Below are positions 57,073 through 64,000 of a stretch of 64,000 nucleotides of DNA, piece by piece. Made by a program: the position numbers and the translations under genes. The DNA lies in NCBI GenBank assembly GCA_963761335.1, contig CAVXGR010000017.1, positions 160,001 through 224,000 on the forward strand. The letters are read 5' to 3'. The DNA comes from an uncultured delta proteobacterium (GTDB lineage: Bacteria; Desulfobacterota; Binatia; HRBIN30; BPIQ01). The notes under the pieces were generated by a model. The model did not search any database, had not been told where the DNA came from, and saw only the letters and a program-made list of their open reading frames with translations. The stretch's first letter is position 1. Each line of letters starts with the position of its first letter.

Positions 57073-58161
57073 ATGATCTACAGGCTGCTGCGCCCGCTCC
57101 TCTTCTCTCTCGATCCGGAGTGGGCGCATACCGCGGTGATGCGCATGTTGCCCGTCGCTGAGGTCATGGCGCGGCATCTGCCGAAGACGCCTCCTCTGCA
57201 GGCGGAGTCGCTGGCTCAGGATCTCTGGGGGCTGCATTTTCCCAACCCGGTCGGGCTCGCCGGCGGCTTCGACAAGAGCGCCGTGGCGCCACACGTGTGG
57301 CCGCTGCTCGGGTTCGGCTTCGCCGAGCTCGGCACCATTACCGCCGAAGCCCAGCCGGGAAACCCCCGGCCGCGGATCTTCCGGCTGCCGCGGGACCGCG
57401 CCTTGATCAACCGGCTGGGGTTCAACAACGACGGCGCCGCGGCGGTGGCGGCGCGGCTGCAGCGCGGCGGCTGGCGCCGGCCCGCGATTCCCATCGGCAT
57501 CAACCTGGGCAAGTCGCGCGTGACCCCGGTTGCGGAAGCGGCAGCGGACTACGCGCGCAGCCTGGCGCTTCTCTTCCCGGTTGCCGACTACGTGGCCGTC
57601 AACGTCAGCTCCCCGAACACCCCGGGCTTGCGCGGACTCCAGGACGAGGCACAGCTGCGGCAGCTTCTGGCCCATCTGCAGGAAGCAAATGCCGCCCTGT
57701 CGCGCCAGTACACCACAGTGCCGCGGCCGCTCCTGGTGAAGATCGCTCCCGATCTGGACGACGCCGCGGTGGCGGCGGCAGTCGCCGTGGCCGCCGATGC
57801 CGGTGCTGCCGGCATCATCGCGACCAATACCACCCTCTCTCGGGAAGGCCTGCTGCAGAGGACCGCTGAGGCCGGTGGCCTCAGCGGAGCACCGCTGCGC
57901 CGGCGATCGACCGCGGTGATCCGCCTCGTCTACCGCGCCACCCGGGGCGAGATGCCGATCGTCGGCGTCGGCGGCATCTTCGGCCCGGAGGACGCCTACG
58001 AGAAGCTTTGCGCCGGCGCCTCGCTGCTTCAGGTGTATACGGGGCTGATCTACGAGGGCCCGCTTCTCGCCCGCTCGATTGTCCGCGGCCTCCGCCGCCT
58101 CCTCGCTCGGGACGGATTCACCCACCTGCGCGAGGCGATCGGCGTCTCGGCGGGGAGGTAG
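57073..58161 (+). CDS. pyrD: Quinone-dependent dihydroorotate dehydrogenase
   Basis: NPVGLAGGFDK, GNPRPR, INRLGFNN, NVSSPNTPGLR, KIAPD, GGLSG. Confidence 0.95.
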   Translation: MIYRLLRPLLFSLDPEWAHTAVMRMLPVAEVMARHLPKTPPLQAESLAQDLWGLHFPNPVGLAGGFDKSAVAPHVWPLLGFGFAELGTITAEAQPGNPRPRIFRLPRDRALINRLGFNNDGAAAVAARLQRGGWRRPAIPIGINLGKSRVTPVAEAAADYARSLALLFPVADYVAVNVSSPNTPGLRGLQDEAQLRQLLAHLQEANAALSRQYTTVPRPLLVKIAPDLDDAAVAAAVAVAADAGAAGIIATNTTLSREGLLQRTAEAGGLSGAPLRRRSTAVIRLVYRATRGEMPIVGVGGIFGPEDAYEKLCAGASLLQVYTGLIYEGPLLARSIVRGLRRLLARDGFTHLREAIGVSAGR

Positions 58162-58278
58162 AAGGGCGGTTCTCCGAGGTCATGGCGAGCACCCGGGCCG
58201 GCGGCTATAATACCGGCGTGTAGACATTTCTCAGGACACCCCCGGTGTCCGCCAGAGCGAGAGGGGGAAGGGGTCACG

Positions 58279-58596
58279 ATGACGCAGCACATGCGACTCG
58301 AGGTCATCCGCTGGAACGGCGACGAGCTACCCGATGAGGAGATCCTGCGCCAGCGGCTCCAGGAAGAGGGGTACGACGTCTTTCGCTGGCGCGATGAGGC
58401 GGGCATGGATTATCAGCTCCATTCTCACGATTCGGACCAGTGCCTGTGGGTGATGTCCGGGGAGATGGTGTTCGGAGCCGAGGGCAGCGAGTTCGCGCTT
58501 CGGCGCGGCGACCGTCTGGTCCTGCCGCGCGGCACCAAGCACTCGGCCCGCTCGGGCCGCGACGGGGTGACCTATCTGATCGCCGAGCGCCGCTGA
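58279..58596 (+). CDS. Cupin domain protein
   Basis: HSH..WVMSGEM..GDRLVLPRGTKHSA; TATAAT at 58206 upstream. Confidence 0.8.
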   Translation: MTQHMRLEVIRWNGDELPDEEILRQRLQEEGYDVFRWRDEAGMDYQLHSHDSDQCLWVMSGEMVFGAEGSEFALRRGDRLVLPRGTKHSARSGRDGVTYLIAERR

Positions 58597-58608
58597 AGCC
58601 GCCGGGCA

Positions 58609-58675
58609 GGGGACAGGCTACTTTTGCGACCAAGGTCGCATCGGATGTGCCGTCTGGGCCGGCAAGAGTTGCCTG
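58609..58675. repeat. GGGGACAGGC-family REP with truncated right arm
   Basis: GGGGACAGGCTACTTTTGC...GCAAGAGTTGCCTG then tandem array instead of TCCCC. Confidence 0.7.
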
Positions 58676-59956
58676 CTTCGAAAATCTGTTGGGTGAAGGT
58701 CTGGCGGAGCGCACCGGCGCTTGGCGTGGAGGCTTGTCGCCCCGGAGGGACGCAGGCATGTAGCCCCGGGTGTTAACCCGGGGGCCGCGTTCCGATTGGC
58801 CCAGATCAGCGCCCCGCAGGGGCGCAGGCGCAGAGGCCGCGTGAATCACCTCGATGAGCTTCCCAGGCACCCAGCGGTGAGCATCGGCGTACAGGCGTGA
58901 CATCGACCAAAACTTGCCCGCGCCCCTGGCGGGGCGCGCCTGACGGAGCGTGCATTCTTCCCCGGGTTTCACCCGGGGCTACACGCCACCGCCCCTCCGG
59001 GGCGAACTTCAGCCGGGCGAGGACCTCCAAGTCTCTTGCCGGCGCAGATCCCCAGCCTCATTTTCATCGTCCATTGGTGAGCCGTAAGGCTCATGTCGCA
59101 CTGCTTCGAAAATCTGTTGGGTGAAGGTCTGGCGGAGCGCACCGGCGCTTGGCGTGGAGGCTTGTCGCCCCGGAGGGGCGCAGGCATGTAGCCCCGGGTG
59201 TTAACCCGGGGGCCGCGTTCCGATTGGCCCAGATCAGCGCCCCGGAGGGGCGCAGGCGCAGAGGCCGCGTGAATCACCTCGATGAGCTTCCCAGGCACCC
59301 AGCGGTGAGCATCGGCGTACAGGCGTGACATCGACGAAAACTTGCCCGCGCCCCTGGCGGGGCGCGCCTGACGGAGCGTGCATTCTTCCCCGGGTTTCAC
59401 CCGGGGCTACACGCCACCGCCCCTCCGGGGCGAACTTCAGCCGGGCGAGGACCTCCAAGTCTCTTGCCGGCGCAGATCCCCAGTCTCATTTTCATCGTCC
59501 ATTGGTGAGCCGTAAGGCTCATGTCGCACTGCTTCGAAAATCTGTTGGGTGAAGGTCTGGCGGAGCGCACCGGCGCTTGGCGTGGAGGCTTGTCGCCCCG
59601 GAGGGGCGCAGGCATGTAGCCCCGGGTGTTAACCCGGGGGCCGCGTTCCGATTGGCCCAGATCAGCGCCCCGGAGGGGCGCAGGCGCAGAGGCCGCGTGA
59701 ATCACCTCGATGAGCTTCCCAGGCACCCAGCGGTGAGCATCGGCGTACAGGCGTGACATCGACGAAAACTTGCCCGCGCCCCTGGCGGGGCGCGCCTGAC
59801 GGAGCGTGCATTCTTCCCCGGGTTTCACCCGGGGCTACACGCCACCGCCCCTCCGGGGCGAACTTCAGCCGGGCGAGGACCTCCAAGTCTCTTGCCGGCG
59901 CAGATCCCCAGCCTCATTTTCATCGTCCATTGGTGAGCCGTAAGGCTCATGTCGCA
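58673..59956. repeat. Three tandem copies of a 428-bp unit containing a REPIN-like element
   Basis: Units start at 58673, 59101, 59529; only a few substitutions between copies. Confidence 0.95.
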
Positions 59957-59960
59957 CCCC

Positions 59961-60914
59961 TCAGACGTGGTTGCGGAGCATGAGCTCCTTGGGGTGGGGG
60001 TCGAGGTACACCTGCCCCTGCAGGTAGCCGACCGCGAGCTGGCGGACGTAGTGCCGCACCAGGGTGAGCGGCACGACCAGCGGCAGAAGGCCCTGCCGGT
60101 AGTCCTCGATCAGCGCCTGCAGCTCGGCGCGGGCCTCGGCGTCGAGCTGTCCGCGGAAATAGCCGGCGATGTGCTGCAGGACATTGGCGTGTCGCTTCGG
60201 CGTCGCCAGCACCGAGAGGGCATCCATGAGCTCGGCCTCATATCGGCGGCGCAGCTCGGTGCGGGGCGCGCCCTTGGCGGTGGCCACCAGGCGTCCCAGC
60301 TGTCCGTACGCGGTCGTCGAGTGCGACAGGATCTGCAGCTTGTGGGCGCTGTGAAAGGCGACGAGATCGCCGAGGCTCCAGCGCCCGGCGAAGAGCGAGC
60401 GCAGGCGGCGATATGCAAACACCCGTTCGATGAAGTTCTCGCGGAGGCGTGGATCGTTGAGGCGGCCCTCTTCCTCCACCGGAAGGTGCGGAAACCTCTC
60501 GAGGAGCGCCTCGGCGAAGACGCCTCGCCCAGAGCGCGCCGGGGCACCGGCACCCTCGTACACCTTGACGCGCTCCATGCCGCAGCTGGGCGAGTCCTTC
60601 TTCAGCACGTAGCCGCAGAGATCCTCCGCGGCCAGTTGCGCCAGGCGCCGGCGCGCATAGACGCGCATGGCGCCGGTGTGATCGTCGCCCGTCTTCGGCA
60701 TGAGCAAGCGGATCGCACCTTCCTTCCGCTCCAGTCGCAGGGTCGGCCGCGGAATCCCCAGGCCGAGCTCGACCTCGGGACAGACGGGAACCCACTCGAT
60801 GTAGCGGCCGAAGAGGTCGGTGAGAAACGTGTCCCGCTTGTGCCCGCCGTCGAAGCGCACCGCCTGCCCCAGCAGACAGGCGGAAACGCCGATGCGGATG
60901 GGTGCCTCGCTCAT
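59961..60914 (-). CDS. DUF523 (2-thiouracil desulfurase-like) plus DUF1722 (YbgA) protein
   Basis: GVSACLLG..VRFDGGHK, VCPEV, KKDSPSCG, EEEGRL, FHSAHK, ELMLRNHV. Confidence 0.9.
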   Translation of the reverse strand: MSEAPIRIGVSACLLGQAVRFDGGHKRDTFLTDLFGRYIEWVPVCPEVELGLGIPRPTLRLERKEGAIRLLMPKTGDDHTGAMRVYARRRLAQLAAEDLCGYVLKKDSPSCGMERVKVYEGAGAPARSGRGVFAEALLERFPHLPVEEEGRLNDPRLRENFIERVFAYRRLRSLFAGRWSLGDLVAFHSAHKLQILSHSTTAYGQLGRLVATAKGAPRTELRRRYEAELMDALSVLATPKRHANVLQHIAGYFRGQLDAEARAELQALIEDYRQGLLPLVVPLTLVRHYVRQLAVGYLQGQVYLDPHPKELMLRNHV

Positions 60915-60965
60915 CGGTGGTGTTGGGCGATGATCGTCAGCGGCCCCGGCGCTCAGCGGCACCGC

Positions 60966-61628
60966 TCAGCGCGCCAGGACGATCGGAGAGAGCACCTTCT
61001 CCTCGAGCCATGCGGAAACCGACTCGAGGGCGGCGGCGTCGATCTCGTGGCCGATGTCGAACTCGCGGTAGGTGAGCGGGACGCGCAGGCGGCGCAGTGT
61101 TTCCACCGATTCGCGGGCGCGCTCGACCGGAATCAGATCGTCGCCTGTGCCGTGCTGCACCAAGGTAGGGAGCGACTCGCGCTCCGCCGGCGGCAGGGCC
61201 GACCCCAGATCCTCCGGCAGCCATGAGCTCAGTGCCACGAGGCCGGCGAAGCGCTCGGGGGCGCTGAGCCCCAGTGCGTACGCCATCACTCCCCCCTGGC
61301 TGAAGCCGAGAAGGACGAGCTTGTTGCGCCGGATCGGATAGCGTTGTAGCGCCTGGTCGACGAACTCTCCGATGCTCCGCACCCCGGAGTCGAACGACGA
61401 GCGATCCAGCGGCGCGCCGGCGGTGAGCGGAAACCACCCGTAGCCGGTCATCGGTCCGAGCGGCACCTGCACGGTCCCCTGCGGGCAGAGAACCAGGAAG
61501 CGACCGTCCCCCAGAAAGGGAGCCAGGCCGAGAAGGTCGAGAGCGTTGGCCCCCCAGCCATGCAAGGCGATGACGGTCGGGTGCGGCCCCTCTCCCTCGG
61601 GTTCGTAGACGGCGTGGATGAGGTTCAT
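60966..61628 (-). CDS. Phospholipase/carboxylesterase
   Basis: LHGWG, GFSQGG, HGTGDD, GHEI. Confidence 0.88.
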   Translation of the reverse strand: MNLIHAVYEPEGEGPHPTVIALHGWGANALDLLGLAPFLGDGRFLVLCPQGTVQVPLGPMTGYGWFPLTAGAPLDRSSFDSGVRSIGEFVDQALQRYPIRRNKLVLLGFSQGGVMAYALGLSAPERFAGLVALSSWLPEDLGSALPPAERESLPTLVQHGTGDDLIPVERARESVETLRRLRVPLTYREFDIGHEIDAAALESVSAWLEEKVLSPIVLAR

Positions 61629-61790
61629 GATCTGCAAGCCACATGAGCACGGATACGCGGCTTTGGCGAGACTCCGTGGACGGCTGGCCGGCGACCCCAG
61701 CGCGAGGCAGCCGGCCACATATTGCGGCATCGATCGTTCCGGGCCAATTTGGAGCGGGACTTCAGCCGCCCAAGGGGCCACGGAGGATCG

Positions 61791-62222
61791 ATGGACAGTG
61801 CATCGGGATTGCGCGAGCGCCGCGAAGCGGTAGTTCGCGAGCATATGGAATCGGAGAATCGCCACGAGTTCGATGTGACGCTGCGCACTTTCTCGCGCCC
61901 CCGGTACGAGATCATACCCACCGGCGAGATCTTCGACGGCGCCGAGGAGGTATCACGCTACTACGAGACCTCGCGTGCCGCCTTCCCCGACCAACGCAAC
62001 GAAGTTCGCGCCCTCCACCACAGTGATGGCGCGGTGATCGTCGAGTTCGACCTCCTCGGCACGCACCGCGGTTCCCTCCGCGGCATCCCGGCGACCAATC
62101 GCGAGTTTCGTTGTGCGATGGTGGCATTCTTTTTCTTTGAAGGAGATCGCATCTCTTGCGAGCGCGTCTACTTTGACGCCGCCACGATCCTGCGGCAGCT
62201 CGGCATTCTCTCCGATGCCTGA
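61791..62222 (+). CDS. SnoaL-like ester cyclase family protein
   Basis: AFPD..GTHRG..GIPAT..ERVYFD..QLG. Confidence 0.85.
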   Translation: MDSASGLRERREAVVREHMESENRHEFDVTLRTFSRPRYEIIPTGEIFDGAEEVSRYYETSRAAFPDQRNEVRALHHSDGAVIVEFDLLGTHRGSLRGIPATNREFRCAMVAFFFFEGDRISCERVYFDAATILRQLGILSDA

Positions 62223-63265
62223 TGGACAGAAGGGCTCTTGCCAGCCTCGCTCTCGTCACCCTGCTGGGCTGCGCCACGGCGACGCCGCCATTCCGCGATG
62301 CAGGCGGCAAGGTGCTGCGGGGCAGCATCGCCGAGGAGACCTACCTGCAGATGCCGGGGGCGAAGGAGTACCTGCTGCTGCGCGGACGCGATGCGAGCAA
62401 TCCGCTGCTGCTGTTCGTCCACGGCGGACCGGGTGGGAGCGAGACCGCCTTGATGCGGCTCTTCAACGCCGACCTGGAGAACCACTTCGTCGTTGCCTAC
62501 TGGGATCAGCGCGGCGCGGGAAAGTCGTACGCTGCGGATATTCCGCGCGACACCATGAGCATCGCGCAATTCGTTGACGACATGAATCGCGTCGTTGACT
62601 ATCTGCGCGCCCGATTGGGGCCCAGACGCGTGCTGGTTCTCGGCCATTCCTGGGGCTCAGCTCTGGGTATGCTCTACATCCACGAGCATCCCGAAAGGGT
62701 GGCGGGCTACATCGGCGTCGGGCAGGTCGCCGACAATCGCGCCGACGAGTTGCACGCCTACGAGTTCGCCGTCGAGCAGGCTCGGGAGCGCGAGAACCAG
62801 AAGGCAATCGAGGATCTGGCGCGAATCGGGCCGCCGCCTTACCGTTTCCAGCAGCTCGTCGTTCGAGACCGCTGGCTGGAGCATTTCGGCGGCGTCTTTC
62901 ACGTGCAGATCGACAAATGGGCAGTGGCCTGGCGGGCATTGTGGACCCCCGAGGCCGGCCTCTGCGATCTGTGGCGACTGTGGCACGGCATTCAGTTCTC
63001 GCAAGAGGCCCTGTGGTCGGAGTTCGCCCGGCTCGATCTCACCGAGGAGGTGCCGTCCGTGCAGGTTCCGGTGACCTTCATACTGGGCCGCTTCGACCAG
63101 CGCACTTGGGCGCCGCTCGCGGCGCGCTACCTCGAAGAGCTGCAGGCGCCGCAGAAGCACCTCATCTGGCTGGAGAGATCCGCGCACAACGGCCCCTTCG
63201 AAGAGCCGCAAGCATTCCGCCGAGCGGTGATTGCCGCGGGTGCTGCCGATCGCCGCCTCGAATGA
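62222..63265 (+). CDS. Alpha/beta hydrolase (proline iminopeptidase-like)
   Basis: HGGPG, WDQRGAGKS, GHSWG, SAH. Confidence 0.88.
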   Translation: MDRRALASLALVTLLGCATATPPFRDAGGKVLRGSIAEETYLQMPGAKEYLLLRGRDASNPLLLFVHGGPGGSETALMRLFNADLENHFVVAYWDQRGAGKSYAADIPRDTMSIAQFVDDMNRVVDYLRARLGPRRVLVLGHSWGSALGMLYIHEHPERVAGYIGVGQVADNRADELHAYEFAVEQARERENQKAIEDLARIGPPPYRFQQLVVRDRWLEHFGGVFHVQIDKWAVAWRALWTPEAGLCDLWRLWHGIQFSQEALWSEFARLDLTEEVPSVQVPVTFILGRFDQRTWAPLAARYLEELQAPQKHLIWLERSAHNGPFEEPQAFRRAVIAAGAADRRLE

Positions 63266-63307
63266 TCGCCGGTGGAGACGCGTCCCTACCGCTTCCCCAT
63301 CCGCGGC

Positions 63308-64000
63308 TCAGCGCCAGTCGACCGCCCCGAGATCGGTCTGCCCGAAGAAGACGTAGGCGAGGCTGAGTGTGCCGACCGACTCGTTCCGGTAGGCGACGTT
63401 CGCGTACTTGGCGTCCCGGTGGGAGATGGCGTAGCGAAGGCCGATCCCGTGGCGGCGCCAGACGCGTACGGCGAGCGAAAGGTCGCCGCGCGCGATGTTC
63501 TCCCACCCGTGCGGCTTGGGCGAAGCCAGATCGCTGACGTAGTACTCGCGCGATTCGAGATCGATCATCACCCGGTCGCCGAGGATCAGGCGCAGCGCCA
63601 GCAGCGCCTGCGGCGTGGTGCCGTAGTGATAGTCGCGGTTGCCGATCGGGTGCACGCTTCCCGCGGCGCCGTAGCCGGCGCCGAGCAGCGCCGTGCCCTG
63701 CAGAGCGGCGTGGTCGGACAGCCATGTCTGCCAGGTGGTGCCCGCCGAGAGCGCCGCGCTCGATACCCGGAAGACCTGAGGGGAAACGTAGTCGTAGCTG
63801 CCGTAGAGCCCCCAGACTCCGCGTGTCGATTCGCCGGCGCAGTAGTCGGCGCCGTAGAGGAGGCCTCGCGAGAGAATGCTCTCGATGGCGTTCGAGGTGA
63901 CGGTGACCAGCTGGAAGTTGAAATAGTCGAAGGGGCGCTCGTACGCATAGCCGGGCTTGCCGGGGAGGCCGTAGTCGAAGGAGACACGGCCGAAGGCGCC
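63308..64000 (-). CDS. Outer-membrane-type protein C-terminal part (possibly DUF3943-associated), 5' truncated by window edge
   Basis: Open frame from the edge: DYGLPGKPGY..PFDYF..GVWGLYGSYDY..DYHYG, alternating beta-strand pattern. Confidence 0.6.
   Translation of the reverse strand, partial: GAFGRVSFDYGLPGKPGYAYERPFDYFNFQLVTVTSNAIESILSRGLLYGADYCAGESTRGVWGLYGSYDYVSPQVFRVSSAALSAGTTWQTWLSDHAALQGTALLGAGYGAAGSVHPIGNRDYHYGTTPQALLALRLILGDRVMIDLESREYYVSDLASPKPHGWENIARGDLSLAVRVWRRHGIGLRYAISHRDAKYANVAYRNESVGTLSLAYVFFGQTDLGAVDWR

Noticed and set aside
58673..59956. CRISPR array, or the repeated 74-143 aa ORFs as real genes
   Set aside because: Units are 428 bp and near-identical with no unique spacers or cas genes; ORFs are translations of palindromic DNA with no recognisable motifs

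Overview
High-GC bacterial chromosomal segment. Gene style (dockerin-like GDCNGD motifs, F420-type LLM enzymes) suggests a deltaproteobacterial or Binatia-like organism, by inference only. Left part is housekeeping: peptide ABC ATPases, bactofilin, suhB, ispE-tRNA-Gln-prs-rplY-pth-rpsF-rpsR-rplI, metH, lipid-catabolic genes. A copper/metal-handling locus follows (RegB/RegA-like two-component system, beta-barrel, TlpA, MbnH-like, MbnP-like) with two RegA-type boxes. The middle holds a GxxExxY gene bracketed by inverted repeat arrays, a SWIM-SNF2 helicase and an imuA-imuB-dnaE2 mutasome operon. The most striking observation is in that operon: a complete four-helix-bundle (IVP-family) gene with its own Shine-Dalgarno is nested in another frame inside a still-open dnaE2, and short GGTTGTT/AACAACC-type repeats and hairpins occur at five places in imuB-dnaE2, four of them in-frame within coding sequence. 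The right part has a decayed integron (IntI C-terminal remnant, attC sites, toxin-antitoxin cassettes), a 3 x 428 bp tandem array of a REPIN-like unit, and several REP/MITE families. No CRISPR array, rRNA or reverse transcriptase was seen. All product calls come from motif recognition by eye; no database searches were run.
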